A stretch of 64,000 bases of DNA from Flavobacteriales bacterium (GTDB lineage: Bacteria; Bacteroidota; Bacteroidia; Flavobacteriales_C; GCA-002722245). Position numbers and translations under genes: made by a program. The stretch spans positions 86,541 to 150,540 of the forward strand of contig JBJTOK010000010.1 in NCBI GenBank assembly GCA_046074525.1, in the 5' to 3' direction. The notes beneath the pieces are model-generated. The model had not been told where the DNA came from, searched no databases, and saw nothing but the letters and a program-made list of their open reading frames with translations. Below are positions 1-10,664 of this stretch, piece by piece. Position 1 is the first letter of the stretch; every line of letters starts with the position of its first letter.

Positions 1-2268
1 TCAGGTAATGGATCATGGTCTTATGCCGCTAACTTATACACATGGACACCCGACGCCAATAGTTCTACAGTAAACGTAGCCGATATTACCGCTTGTTTGC
101 TAGGATCCAATACCGCACTGGGAGGCAATACCGCATTAAACTCACAAACCAATGGTGCTCATAGCGTCACTATACTAACTGCATGTAGTGGTGCTGGAAG
201 TCAAACAGGAAATGTAGTACATAATAGTGCTCTTACTGCCGCAACCACAAGTTCAACACAATTTACTTTCACTATTACTGCCGCTGGAAGCATTACCATA
301 AACAACATAATGAACTTTACTCCTGCATCTAATAGCGCTGCAGGATATCCAGCAACAAATATTGTTTTTACTGCCCCCTCGGGAATCACCACCAATCAAG
401 GCATTACTTCTGTGGGAGGAACAAGTACTGGCGCTGCTGTTGCCGGAGGTGTAGGAGGAAATTTCACTTGTACAGCATCGGGAGGAGCCGTATCGATAGC
501 TAATGCAGTAACAGTAACAGGCGGAACAGGCGGAACAGGTGGTGGTGCAGGAGTTGGGGGAGCTGGAGGAACAATTAGTATTACCGGAACAAGCGTTTCT
601 GTAACTCAAACGGTTTATTCATACGGTGGACAAGGTAGTGACACCGGCGCAGGGGGTGTAGGAGGAACCATCACTATTACCTCTACATCCACTACAGTTT
701 CTATAGGAAATATTATTTCAAATTCGGGCGGCACAGGCGCTACAACAGGTGTAGGAGGAGACGGCGGACCTATCACCATTACTTCAGCTACAACATTATC
801 TGTTTCGCAACCTATGACTACTTCTGGTGGAAATTCAGGCACAGGAAACGGAGGGAATGGAGGCGCCGTTAACCTTACGACTCAAGGTGGTGCACTAACA
901 ATTTCACATGCAGTAACATCAAATGGAGGAAATCCAGGAGGCGGCTCAAATAAAAACGGAGGGAATGGAGGCGCTATTTCATTAACTTCAAGCAGCACCG
1001 TAAATATATCTCAAGCAATGTATTCTAATGGAGGAACACCAACAGGTTCGGGAACTTCGAATGGAGGAAACATTACTATTTCTGCTCCGGGCGGTATTAC
1101 TTTATCAAATATTATTCAAAGTACGGGTACCACAGCCGGAGGAACTTTAACTCTTGACGATGGTAACACATCTATTACTTCAGGAGGTGTAAATGATGGA
1201 CAATCAGGCGGCAGTTATTTTCAAGTTGGCGCAGTAACAAAAACAGGAAGCGGTAATTTCAAATTAGCACACCCAAGTAATTCATGGACAGGCGCAACAA
1301 CTATTACAGCAGGCAAATTAACCCTAGGCGCAACAGCAGTAATTCCTGATGCTAGTCAGCTTAATTTTAATGGAGGCCGACTAGTAATGGGTGCCTACAA
1401 CGAAACTGTTGGCACAATTAAAATAAGCTCGTATTCAATCTTAGATTTACCCGCAGGAAACTATACTTTAACTGCCTCTGCGAGCAATGGAATAACTTGG
1501 ACTACCGGACAAAAATTAGGAATCAATTATTGGGGAGATGTAGGCAACAATTACAACGGCACAGCAGCAGGAGGATCAGACCCTAAAATATACACAGGAT
1601 CTAGTGCCGAGTTGGACGCCACGCATTTGGCCGCTATTTATTTCAGAAGAACTTCTAACGGATTAACTTATACCGCAACACAATTGGCTTCAGGCGAAAT
1701 AGTACCCACAGCAACTTTACCAATTGAATTGATTTCTTTTAATGCCAAGAAAAATACTAACCACGTTGATATTACTTGGGAAACTGCATCTGAAATCAAC
1801 AGCGATTATTTTCAAATTTATCGCGCAAACACCAATATGCAATGGGAAAAAATTGGAGAAATAAATGCGGCAGGAACAAGCCATCATTTACTTCATTATT
1901 GCTTCGTAGATCATTTACCAAACTCAGAAATCAATTACTATCAACTGAAAGAAATTGACTTTGATGGCACTCAACAAGAGTCGAAAATTGTATTTGTAAA
2001 CTTTAGCAATCCTCTTTTTTTAACAACTTACCCAAATCCCACAAATAGCTCCACCACCATTAATTTTTACTCCGAAAAAGAAGAATCCTATTATTTAAAA
2101 GGCGTAAATGCGATTGGCGAAGAAATTTTTTATAAAAAAATTTCAGGAATGTTGGGAGAAAATCGCATTTATGTTCCGTTGGAACAGCTTTCAACAGGAA
2201 TATATTCCTTTTTATTGTATCAAAACAATGAGTTGCTTACCGCCACTAAGGTTTTTAAAAAACAATAA
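1..2268 (+). CDS. Glycine-rich repeat cell-surface protein with PATR-like beta-strand module and T9SS C-terminal sorting domain; 5' end lies outside the window
   Basis: The reading frame is open from nt 1, so the TTG at 97 in the ORF track is not the true start. Residues from position 1 (SGNGSWSYAANLYTWTPDANSSTVNVADITACLLGSNTALGG) align to residues ~37-80 of the downstream paralog. The middle is made of GGxGGxGG(A/V)(I/V)xLT repeats. There is a GSGNFKLAHPSNSWTGATTITAGKLTLGA module resembling autotransporter passenger-associated (PATR) repeats. The C-terminus (TTYPNPTNSSTTINFYSEK...GIYSFLLYQNNELLTATKVFKKQ) has the form of a type-A T9SS C-terminal domain. Confidence 0.7.
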   Translation, partial: SGNGSWSYAANLYTWTPDANSSTVNVADITACLLGSNTALGGNTALNSQTNGAHSVTILTACSGAGSQTGNVVHNSALTAATTSSTQFTFTITAAGSITINNIMNFTPASNSAAGYPATNIVFTAPSGITTNQGITSVGGTSTGAAVAGGVGGNFTCTASGGAVSIANAVTVTGGTGGTGGGAGVGGAGGTISITGTSVSVTQTVYSYGGQGSDTGAGGVGGTITITSTSTTVSIGNIISNSGGTGATTGVGGDGGPITITSATTLSVSQPMTTSGGNSGTGNGGNGGAVNLTTQGGALTISHAVTSNGGNPGGGSNKNGGNGGAISLTSSSTVNISQAMYSNGGTPTGSGTSNGGNITISAPGGITLSNIIQSTGTTAGGTLTLDDGNTSITSGGVNDGQSGGSYFQVGAVTKTGSGNFKLAHPSNSWTGATTITAGKLTLGATAVIPDASQLNFNGGRLVMGAYNETVGTIKISSYSILDLPAGNYTLTASASNGITWTTGQKLGINYWGDVGNNYNGTAAGGSDPKIYTGSSAELDATHLAAIYFRRTSNGLTYTATQLASGEIVPTATLPIELISFNAKKNTNHVDITWETASEINSDYFQIYRANTNMQWEKIGEINAAGTSHHLLHYCFVDHLPNSEINYYQLKEIDFDGTQQESKIVFVNFSNPLFLTTYPNPTNSSTTINFYSEKEESYYLKGVNAIGEEIFYKKISGMLGENRIYVPLEQLSTGIYSFLLYQNNELLTATKVFKKQ

Positions 2269-2388
2269 TCTTCAATTGAAACCACACCTCCAAGGTTTAT
2301 CTTGACTGCTATTTTGTTTCCCACTATATTTAGCGAACTAATTTGTATTTATTTCCGTAGAACCACTAAGCATTAAATAATTAAACCT

Positions 2389-4794
2389 ATGACACAAATT
2401 AAAACTCATTTTCGTTTAATCGCTTCCTTCTGCATTTTATCTACTGGATATTTATTTGCAGGAAATGCCGATGTGGATATCAACACTGCCAGCGCTAATG
2501 GAGGGTGGACTTATGCTTCCTCAACCTATACATGGACTCCAAATGCCAATAGTTCCACAGTCAATTACACAGATATACAAGCCTGTCTTTTAGGAAGCAA
2601 TACAGCTTTAGGAGGAAGCAATGCGCTAAACGCTCAAACAAACGGAGCGCATAGTGTTACCATTATTACTACCTGTGGTGGCAATCAAACAGGAAATATA
2701 ACCATATCTAATAGCATTACTGCCGCAGTCACAAGTACTTCAGCCATGACTTTTACTCTTACTGCCGCAGGATCAATCACTATTAGCAACAGCATTAGCC
2801 TTACCCCTGCATCTAGTGGCGCAGCAAAATATCCCGGAGTTAATTTGGTTTTCACCGGCCCATCAGGCATTACTTTAAGCAATCCTGTTAATGTTAGCGG
2901 AGGCACATCAACCGCTTCGGCTACCGCCGGAAAAGGAGGTGATATAACTTTTAATTCATCAGGAGGCGGTGTAACTATCTCTAACGCATTAACTTCAAAT
3001 GGTGGTATAGGCGGCATAGGGGGTGGACAAGGAGATGGTGGTGCTGGCGGCGCTATCTCCTTAACAGGAACTTTTGTTTCAACAGGAGCAGCTATTTCAT
3101 GCACAGGGGGTGTTGGATCAGGTAGTGGTGATGGGGGGACTGGAGGGGCTGTAACACTTACTGCCACCTCCACATACATTTCTGTTGGTAATACCATTAC
3201 TACAACTGGGGGGGTTGGAGCCGGAGGCAATAACTCCGCAGGCTATGGTGATGGGGGTAATGGGGGTAACATTACAATGACAGCAGTATCTTATCTTAAT
3301 ATTACCTACGCAATAAACGCTTCAGGGGCAACGGGAGCCGGTGGCGGTAATGGCGGTAATGGCGGTGCTATTTCGGGCACCACCACCACAAGCTATGTCA
3401 ATGCAGGAAATACAATCACCTCAAATGGAGGATCTTCAGGCGTAGGTGGCTCCAACCAAAGTGGCGGTAACGGAGGCACAGTAACATTTTCAGCGGGCGA
3501 CTATTTCTCAAATGGAAGTGCAATGGCAGCTTCAGGGGGAACATCAACAGGAACAGGATCCTCAACAGGAGGAACATTCACTATCACAGGAACCGGGGGA
3601 GTAGGTATCCGAAATAACATCACCAGCCAAGGCTATGTTGGAGCATCAACAAATACCTCTTATTATGGTGCATTGATTATAGATGACGCCAATACAACTA
3701 TAGGAGGTAATAATACCGGTTTTACTTCAGGATCATTGAGTGTTGCTTCTTTTGAGAAAAAAGGAGCCGGGGATTTTAAATTAACTCATACAGGAGCCGC
3801 ATGGACGGGATACACTAAAATAACCGCGGGTAAATTAACTACAGGCGCAGCAAATGTTATTCCTGATGCCAGTCAATTGTACTTTAACGGAGGAAGATTG
3901 GTAATGGGAAACTACAGCGAAACTGTAGGAACTATTATGATTAATAAATATTCGGTAATGGATTTACCTACCGGAAACTATACATTAACAGCATCGGCAA
4001 GTAATGGTGTTTCATGGACGGCCGGACAAAAATTAGGGATTAATTATTGGGGAGTTAGTGGAAATAATTACGATGGTACTGCAGCAGGAGGATCAGACCC
4101 AAAATTTAAAACCGGCGCAAGCGCCGAACTGGACGCAACACATTTAGCTGCCATTTATTTCAAAAGATCTTCCAACGGATCAACTTACACCGCCGTTCAA
4201 TTGGCTTCAGGAGAAATAGTTCCTACTGGAACTTTACCAATAGAATTGGTATCATTTGATGCAAAGAAAAACAATGACCAAATAGATATTACTTGGAGAA
4301 CCGCATCTGAAATCAACAGCGAATACTTTGAAATTCTGAGAGCCATTAGCAATATGGAATGGGAAAGTTTAGGAAAAGTAAACGCTGCAGGAAACAGCAA
4401 TAAAATTATTGATTATAAATTCATTGATGCTTTCCCAGCCCCTGGATTAAACTATTATCAATTGATAGAATACGATTTTGATGGGAAAAATCAAAAATCA
4501 AAAGTCGTTTCTGTTTCTAGTAACAATACCGTTGAAACAAAACTTACAGCCTTTCCAAATCCAACTTCCGGCGCAACCACTTTTGATTTTTATTCGGAAA
4601 AAGGAGGAGTTTATTTTATGAAAGCTTTTACTCAAAGTGGCGATCAAATTTATTCAACACGAATTTTTGGAATTCCAGGAGAAAACAGATTCAACTTGTC
4701 TTTATCTGATTATTCATCTGGAACTTACACTTTTCAACTTTGCGATGGTAACGAAAAAGCTTTAGCCACAACAAAAGTGATTAAGTTAGATTAG
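2389..4794 (+). CDS. Glycine-rich repeat cell-surface protein (full-length tandem paralog) with signal peptide, PATR-like module and T9SS C-terminal sorting domain
   Basis: The N-terminal signal peptide is MTQIKTHFRLIASFCILSTGYLFAG. The architecture matches the upstream gene: a conserved N-module, a longer GGNGGNGG Gly-rich core, FKLTHTGAAWTGYTKITAGKLTTGA (PATR-like), a beta-sandwich-like module, and a terminal AFPNPTSGATTFDFYSEKGGVYF...TYTFQLCDGNEKALATTKVIKLD typical of T9SS C-terminal domains. Confidence 0.75.
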   Translation: MTQIKTHFRLIASFCILSTGYLFAGNADVDINTASANGGWTYASSTYTWTPNANSSTVNYTDIQACLLGSNTALGGSNALNAQTNGAHSVTIITTCGGNQTGNITISNSITAAVTSTSAMTFTLTAAGSITISNSISLTPASSGAAKYPGVNLVFTGPSGITLSNPVNVSGGTSTASATAGKGGDITFNSSGGGVTISNALTSNGGIGGIGGGQGDGGAGGAISLTGTFVSTGAAISCTGGVGSGSGDGGTGGAVTLTATSTYISVGNTITTTGGVGAGGNNSAGYGDGGNGGNITMTAVSYLNITYAINASGATGAGGGNGGNGGAISGTTTTSYVNAGNTITSNGGSSGVGGSNQSGGNGGTVTFSAGDYFSNGSAMAASGGTSTGTGSSTGGTFTITGTGGVGIRNNITSQGYVGASTNTSYYGALIIDDANTTIGGNNTGFTSGSLSVASFEKKGAGDFKLTHTGAAWTGYTKITAGKLTTGAANVIPDASQLYFNGGRLVMGNYSETVGTIMINKYSVMDLPTGNYTLTASASNGVSWTAGQKLGINYWGVSGNNYDGTAAGGSDPKFKTGASAELDATHLAAIYFKRSSNGSTYTAVQLASGEIVPTGTLPIELVSFDAKKNNDQIDITWRTASEINSEYFEILRAISNMEWESLGKVNAAGNSNKIIDYKFIDAFPAPGLNYYQLIEYDFDGKNQKSKVVSVSSNNTVETKLTAFPNPTSGATTFDFYSEKGGVYFMKAFTQSGDQIYSTRIFGIPGENRFNLSLSDYSSGTYTFQLCDGNEKALATTKVIKLD

Positions 4795-7595
4795 TGTGCC
4801 TCTAACCAGTTTTTTCCTGTGCTCATCTCTACTTCTAAAGGAACACGGGTTTTCACTGCGTTTTCCATTCCTCGTTTAACAATTGGCTTTAACACATCCA
4901 CTTCGTTCATCGGACAAGTAAAAACCAACTCATCATGCACTTGTAAAACCATTTTCGTCTTGAGCGTTGTTTTATCAAGCTCCCTCTGAATATCAATCAT
5001 TGCTTTCTTGATAATATCGGCAGCAGAGCCCTGAATCGGCGCATTAATGGCATTTCGCTCGGCATAACCACGCACAACAGCATTCGCCGAATTGATGTCG
5101 CGCAAATAGCGTCGGCGTCCCATCAATGTGGTAACATATCCATTCTTTTTTGCATTGTCGACACTTTCATCCATGTACTGGCGGATGCGCGGATATTTAG
5201 CGAAATAATTATCAATGATTTCCTTCGATTCGGTGCGGGAAATATTAAGTCGCTGCGCGAGTCCGAAAGCAGAAATCCCATAGATGATCCCGAAGTTTAC
5301 CATTTTTGCTTTGCTTCGCATGGTACGATCAACCTGATCAATAGGAACGTTGAAAACCTTGGCGGCAGTAGCAGAGTGAATATCCTGTCCGCTTTGGAAA
5401 GCAGCAATCATATCTTCATCACCACTTAATTCGGCAATCAAACGCAATTCCACCTGCGAATAATCAGCAGAAAGTAAAACGTGATTCTCTGCATTAGGAA
5501 TGAAAGCGCGACGCACCTCTCTTCCGCGTTCAGTTTTGATAGGAATATTCTGCAAATTGGGATTTACTGAACTGAGACGGCCTGTAGCAGCTACAGCCTG
5601 ATTGTATGTGGTATGGATCTTTCCTGTTTCCTTATTTACAATTTCAGGAAGAGTATCTACATAAGTTGATTTCAATTTGATCAATCCTCGATAATCCAGA
5701 ATAAGTTGCACAATTGGATGCTTGTCGATGAGCTTTTGCAAAACCTCCTCCGACGTTGCATACTGACCCGTTTTGGTTTTTTTTGCCTTCTCGTCAATCT
5801 TCAGAATCTCGAATAAAATATCCCCCAACTGTTTCGGAGAATTGATATTGAAATTCATTCCTGCAGCAACATAAATCTGCTTTTCAATTTCAACAAGCTC
5901 ATTCAATAACTCACCAGAATACTCTTTCAGCGCAGGAATATCAATTTTGATTCCTTCCATCTCCATCTTTGAGAGCACATGCACCAAAGGCATTTCCACT
6001 TCTTCAAATAATTTTTGCGCATCTTTCAGAAGTGGTTCCAGCTGACCTTTCAACTGATATGTAACATCAGCATCTTCAGCAGCATATTCGGTGAGTTTAT
6101 CCAGTTCAACCGAACGCATGCCCAGTTGGTTTTTTCCTCTTTTACCGATGAGCGCTTCAATGGACACTGGTTTGTAGCCCAGATAGGTTTCGGAGAGATA
6201 ATCCATGTTATGTCGCATATCAGGTTCTATCAGATAATGCGCAAGCATAGTGTCAAATAATTTCCCCTTTACTTCAATGCCATATTGCATCAGCACATTG
6301 ATATCATACTTGATGTTCTGACCGATTTTAGCGATGCTTTCATTTTCAAAAAGGCCTTTGAATTTTAACACGCGACTTTTCCCCTCTTCGCCTTCAGGAA
6401 GATGTACATACCAGGCTTTATGCTCCTGGAAAGAGAATGACAAACCTATTGCTTCAGCAACATGCGAATCAATTCCTGTTGTTTCACTATCGAAACAAAT
6501 TTCCTTTTGGGCGCTTAAAATCTCAAGAAGTTTGGAAATATCTTCATCGCTGTTCACGAGGATATATTCATGCGGGACGTCAGCCACAGTTTTGTAATGT
6601 ACCGGAGCTTCTACTTCAACAATCTCCTCTTCAACAGAGACTGCAAACATATCCATTTGCGCACTTGCAGGTGCAGCAGTTTTTGGGGCTGTTACAGGCG
6701 CAGGTGTAGCAGCAGACTGACCGCCTAAGATGCGTTGGGCGAGCGTGCGGAATTCGAGTTCATTGAACAACTCAGTAATTTTTTCTTTATCGTGTTCCTG
6801 AAATTTCAATTCTTCGGTTGTAAAATCTATCGGCACATTTAATTCAATAGTCGCTAATTTCTTAGAAAGCAAGCCCTGCTCAGCAAACTGAATTACATTT
6901 TCTTTTTGCTTCCCCTTCAACTCATGAGAATTAGCGATAAGTCCTTCCACACTGTGGTATTTCGCTATCAGCGCTTTGGAGGTTTTTTCCCCAATGCCAG
7001 GAATCCCCGGAATATTATCGGCAGAATCTCCCCACAAACCAAGAATGTCGATCACCTGTTCAACCCGCTGAACTTCAAATTTGGCGCACACTTCCTTAAT
7101 ACCCCACACCTCAGCAGCATTACCGCTTTTGGCCGGACGGTACAACAAAATATTTTCTGTTACAAGTTGTGCGAAATCTTTATCGGGTGTCATCATGTAA
7201 GTAGTGTAACCTTCTTTCTCGGCGCGTTTGGCAAGCGTTCCGATGACGTCATCTGCTTCATAATTATCCACCACTACAGCGCGAATATTGAATGCCTCTG
7301 CCAGTTTATACACATAAGGAATAGCTTTCTTGATGTCTTCCGGCGTTTCATCACGATGCGCCTTGTAAGCCGGATAAATATCTTCACGGAAATTTTTCCC
7401 CTTCGGATCAAAAACAATGGCAATATGCGACGGTTTTTCTTTGTTTAAAATTTCAAGAAGAGTATTGGTAAATCCCAGCATCACGGAAGTATTCAAACCT
7501 TTTGAATTGTAACGCTGACTAGCACCAAATGCAAAATACGATCGGAAAATAATCGCAAAGGCATCTATGAGGAAGAGTTTTTTTTCTGAAGACAT
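4791..7595 (-). CDS. polA: DNA polymerase I
   Basis: The 937-aa ORF has 5'-3' exonuclease, 3'-5' exonuclease and polymerase regions (e.g. QVHDELVF, RRxAKxxNFGxxYG motifs). The ORF track begins at TTG 7604. I chose the in-frame ATG at 7593-7595 (MSSEKKLFLIDAF...), which fits PolI N-termini. The stop codon overlaps the stop of the upstream convergent gene by 2 nt. Confidence 0.93.
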   Translation of the reverse strand: MSSEKKLFLIDAFAIIFRSYFAFGASQRYNSKGLNTSVMLGFTNTLLEILNKEKPSHIAIVFDPKGKNFREDIYPAYKAHRDETPEDIKKAIPYVYKLAEAFNIRAVVVDNYEADDVIGTLAKRAEKEGYTTYMMTPDKDFAQLVTENILLYRPAKSGNAAEVWGIKEVCAKFEVQRVEQVIDILGLWGDSADNIPGIPGIGEKTSKALIAKYHSVEGLIANSHELKGKQKENVIQFAEQGLLSKKLATIELNVPIDFTTEELKFQEHDKEKITELFNELEFRTLAQRILGGQSAATPAPVTAPKTAAPASAQMDMFAVSVEEEIVEVEAPVHYKTVADVPHEYILVNSDEDISKLLEILSAQKEICFDSETTGIDSHVAEAIGLSFSFQEHKAWYVHLPEGEEGKSRVLKFKGLFENESIAKIGQNIKYDINVLMQYGIEVKGKLFDTMLAHYLIEPDMRHNMDYLSETYLGYKPVSIEALIGKRGKNQLGMRSVELDKLTEYAAEDADVTYQLKGQLEPLLKDAQKLFEEVEMPLVHVLSKMEMEGIKIDIPALKEYSGELLNELVEIEKQIYVAAGMNFNINSPKQLGDILFEILKIDEKAKKTKTGQYATSEEVLQKLIDKHPIVQLILDYRGLIKLKSTYVDTLPEIVNKETGKIHTTYNQAVAATGRLSSVNPNLQNIPIKTERGREVRRAFIPNAENHVLLSADYSQVELRLIAELSGDEDMIAAFQSGQDIHSATAAKVFNVPIDQVDRTMRSKAKMVNFGIIYGISAFGLAQRLNISRTESKEIIDNYFAKYPRIRQYMDESVDNAKKNGYVTTLMGRRRYLRDINSANAVVRGYAERNAINAPIQGSAADIIKKAMIDIQRELDKTTLKTKMVLQVHDELVFTCPMNEVDVLKPIVKRGMENAVKTRVPLEVEMSTGKNWLEAH

Positions 7596-7680
7596 GGCTG
7601 ACAAATTTCAGCCTTAAAAATAGACTTTTTTAAGCACTATCTCTGCACAAACATCTATTAAGAAAATGAAATATTTCTCC

Positions 7681-8061
7681 TTATTTTTTAAGCAAGTCGC
7701 GGATCTCCGTCAATAAAATTTCCTCCTTGCTTGGCGCAGGCGGTGGAGCAGGAGTACTTTCTTCTTTTTTCTTGGCTGCATTCATTCCCTTAATCACTAA
7801 AAACAAGACAAAGGCCACGAGAATAAAATCAATCAAAGTCGATAAAAAAACACCATACTTTACCGAACCAAAAGCCGTAAGATCCCTGATATCGTTAAGA
7901 TGTGCGCTTTCTAACAACGGCTGCAACAACAATGGAGTGATGATATCACCGATAAACGACGACACTATCTTCCCAAAGGCCGCACCAATAATCACGGCAA
8001 CAGCCAGTTCAACAACATTTCCCTTCATTGCAAATTGCTTGAATTCTTTCATCATACTCAT
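7681..8061 (-). CDS. mscL: Large-conductance mechanosensitive channel
   Basis: 126 aa with the N-terminal [29 protein letters not shown] signature of MscL, two TM segments and a charged C-terminus. Confidence 0.9.
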   Translation of the reverse strand: MSMMKEFKQFAMKGNVVELAVAVIIGAAFGKIVSSFIGDIITPLLLQPLLESAHLNDIRDLTAFGSVKYGVFLSTLIDFILVAFVLFLVIKGMNAAKKKEESTPAPPPAPSKEEILLTEIRDLLKK

Positions 8062-8073
8062 AAAACTTATTTT

Positions 8074-9042
8074 TTATTCGGTGTATAAAACGTAAAGTAA
8101 AGTTTGTCCAACAGCCTTAAGCGTTTGCGGACTTATATTTTTCAAATTATCATCATGTCGGTGCCAGGTTCTGGCAAAACCTGCTGAGCGATCAATAATA
8201 TCGATGCAGGGAATATTGGTATACTGGTACACATAAGCATGATCATCAGTAATTGCTGAAGTTTCTTCAAAAGCAAAATACTGACCGAAATTCAATCCAT
8301 GTGCGGAGCGCCATACCTTATCCAGAACATTTCTCCCTGTTTGCAGGGACAAGCCTTCGTAGGTAAATTTCGCATTCGCATCTCCTACCATATCAAGGTT
8401 GATTCCATATATCGGTTTTACAGGCAAAGGGAAATTTTTAGCCCAGTACTGTGAGCCCAGACAATAAGAATCTTTATGCTCAGGCTTACCATAATCTTCG
8501 GCATCAAACAAAACAAAATCGACACCTACATTTAATTTTTTCTCTTTCGACAAAACCCTTGCTAACTCAAGAATAACAGCCACTCCGCTTCCTCCATCAT
8601 TAGCGGCATCAAAAGTTTTATCAGGATTCACCTCGTCTTCATCGGCCCAGGGACGTGAATCCCAATGCGCCGATATCATAATTCGCTTTGTCTTTTCGGG
8701 TTGATAACGCGCAGTAATATTATTGAAACTCAAAACTTTTCCGTCATATGCCTTTACACTTCCCTTTTGTTGCAAAACCTCAAGGCCACAACTTTCCAGA
8801 TGTTTGATCAGAAAAGCAGCAGAGGCATCATGTGCTTTTGAATTGGGGATGCGGGGACCAAAATCCACTTGTTTTTTTACATAGGCAAAAGCTGAATCTG
8901 CAGAAAATTCAGGAACAGATATTTTCACTTCAGGCTGTTCAAACGGCGGATTAACGGGTGTTTCCGGACCACAAGAGCAAAAAAACAAAACAACGAAAAC
9001 CACGAATTTCAATGCTTTGAAAAGCAACAGCTTTTTCATCAT
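8074..9042 (-). CDS. M28-family zinc peptidase / glutaminyl-peptide cyclotransferase-like lipoprotein
   Basis: Metal-binding signature HWDSRPWADED...DDGGSGVAVILELARVL...FVLFDAEDYG typical of the M28/QC fold. The lipoprotein-like signal MMKKLLLFKALKFVVFVVLFFCSCG begins at an internal ATG (9042). The upstream extension in the ORF track would overlap cysS. Confidence 0.65.
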   Translation of the reverse strand: MMKKLLLFKALKFVVFVVLFFCSCGPETPVNPPFEQPEVKISVPEFSADSAFAYVKKQVDFGPRIPNSKAHDASAAFLIKHLESCGLEVLQQKGSVKAYDGKVLSFNNITARYQPEKTKRIMISAHWDSRPWADEDEVNPDKTFDAANDGGSGVAVILELARVLSKEKKLNVGVDFVLFDAEDYGKPEHKDSYCLGSQYWAKNFPLPVKPIYGINLDMVGDANAKFTYEGLSLQTGRNVLDKVWRSAHGLNFGQYFAFEETSAITDDHAYVYQYTNIPCIDIIDRSAGFARTWHRHDDNLKNISPQTLKAVGQTLLYVLYTE

Positions 9043-9121
9043 ATTGCCCTCGCCGCTCCTTCTTTGTTCTATTTCCGACTTCTGGAAAAAGGACATTGCC
9101 TCTTCCATCCAATCATTTTTA

Positions 9122-10597
9122 TTAGCCTTCATAGGTCCACTCAGCTCCGTCTTTAGTGTCTTTAACTGCTATTTTCAATTCTTTCAGGGTGTCACGTATT
9201 TTATCCGACATCGCATAGTTTTTATTCAACTTGGCATCTTTTCTCAACTCAAGGATGATATCCATCAACCCTTTGGAAAGACCATTATCACTACCTTCCG
9301 CGCCTTCCAGCTGAAGTCCCAAGATAGAAAAAAGGAAATCTTCAAATAATTTTCTCAATGAGTTAAGATCATTCCGGGAAATCGTTTTTGTTCCAGCTTT
9401 CAAAAGATTGATTTCTTTCACCGCATCAAATAAAACCGCCACAACGATTGGAGTATTGAAGTCGTCGTTCATGGCCTCGTAGCAACGTTTACTGAGCGAG
9501 GCAACATCCACTTCCGATTTATCGGCAACCTTAATTTCATCCAGCTGACCGAGTGCAACCAATATTCTCTTATATCCTTTCTCTGCAGCCTGAAGTGCCT
9601 CATTGGAAAAATCCAATGTGCTGCGGTAGTGACATTGCATCATGAAAAAGCGCACTGTCATTGGCGAATAAGCCTTGTCAAGCAACTCACTTTCCCCATT
9701 GAACAATTGCGCAGGAAGGAAAAACTTACCTGTGCTTTTCGACATTTTTTCGCCATTCAGCGTAAGCATATTGGCGTGCATCCAGTACTTTACAGGTTCT
9801 TTTCCTGTAGCCGCCTTGTTTTGAGCTATTTCGCATTCATGATGCGGAAATTTCAAGTCCATCCCCCCCCCATGAATATCAAATTCTTCACCAAGATACT
9901 TAGTGCTCATCACCGAACACTCCAGATGCCATCCCGGAAAACCTTTTCCCCATGGCGAATTCCATTGCATGATATGCTCGGGAGAAGCTTGTTTCCAAAG
10001 AGCAAAGTCGAGCGGACTCTTTTTATCATCCTGTCCATCGAGATTTTCGCGGGTAGCCGACAAAAGCTCATCTATTTTCCTTCCTGAAAGCTCACCATAA
10101 TTGGAACTTTCGGAGAATTTCTTCACATCAAAGTATACCGATCCATTTGCTTCGTAAGCAAATCCTCTGTTCATGATTTGCTGTGTGGTTTCAATCTGCT
10201 CCACAAGATGCGCGGTAGCAGTAGGTTCAATGCTCGGCGGAAGGTTATTGAAGGCCTTCATCACATCATGAAAACCATTGGTGTATTTCTGTACAATTTC
10301 CATTGGCTCAAGATTTTCGAGCTTGGCTTTCTTAGCAATTTTGTCTTCACCCTGATCGGCATCATTCTCCAAATGTCCTACATCAGTAATATTTCTCACA
10401 TATCTTACTTTATAGCCAAGATGAGTGAGGTAGCGGTAAATAACATCAAAGGAAATAAAGGTGCGGCAATTGCCAATATGCACATCATTGTAAACGGTAG
10501 GACCGCAAACATACATGCCCACGAATGGCGGATTGATGGGTTTAAACGCTTCCTTTTTTCTGGATAAAGTATTGTAAATGATCAATTCACTCTGCAT
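9122..10597 (-). CDS. cysS: Cysteine--tRNA ligase
   Basis: Class I aaRS with HIGN-like motif ([13 protein letters not shown]) and KMSKS; 491 aa, the usual CysRS length. Confidence 0.95.
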   Translation of the reverse strand: MQSELIIYNTLSRKKEAFKPINPPFVGMYVCGPTVYNDVHIGNCRTFISFDVIYRYLTHLGYKVRYVRNITDVGHLENDADQGEDKIAKKAKLENLEPMEIVQKYTNGFHDVMKAFNNLPPSIEPTATAHLVEQIETTQQIMNRGFAYEANGSVYFDVKKFSESSNYGELSGRKIDELLSATRENLDGQDDKKSPLDFALWKQASPEHIMQWNSPWGKGFPGWHLECSVMSTKYLGEEFDIHGGGMDLKFPHHECEIAQNKAATGKEPVKYWMHANMLTLNGEKMSKSTGKFFLPAQLFNGESELLDKAYSPMTVRFFMMQCHYRSTLDFSNEALQAAEKGYKRILVALGQLDEIKVADKSEVDVASLSKRCYEAMNDDFNTPIVVAVLFDAVKEINLLKAGTKTISRNDLNSLRKLFEDFLFSILGLQLEGAEGSDNGLSKGLMDIILELRKDAKLNKNYAMSDKIRDTLKELKIAVKDTKDGAEWTYEG

Positions 10598-10664
10598 TTT
10601 TCTTGCTTTCTGGTACGAATGCGTGAAATTAAGAATAAATGAGAAGAGTTAAAAAAGGGAGTAC

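Noticed and set aside
97-2268. TTG start at 97 for the first gene, and TTG/GTG starts at 7604, 47386, 59781, 36467 and 26036 elsewhere
   Set aside because: For gene 1 the frame is open to nt 1 and aligns with the paralog, so the gene is 5'-partial. For the others, internal ATGs give canonical N-termini or signal peptides and, for 26051, a correctly spaced promoter motif. I therefore treat the longest-ORF starts as artefacts.
2269-2388. Promoter for the second Gly-rich gene (TATTTTG and TAATTTG motifs)
   Set aside because: Both are one T short of the TAnnTTTG consensus, so I did not call a promoter there.
2685-3230. 181-aa Pro-rich minus-strand ORF (also 615..842 and 253..609) inside the Gly-rich genes
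   Set aside because: It is the antisense mirror of GGN Gly codons (NCC gives Pro). It has low complexity, no start context, and lies fully inside a well-supported plus-strand gene.
6906-7448. 180-aa ORF antisense to polA (and other long antisense ORFs, e.g. 36887..37321, 37410..37769, 43170..43772, 57067..57849)
   Set aside because: They are embedded in strongly supported genes on the opposite strand and have no recognisable motifs. Such long antisense frames are expected at this coding density.
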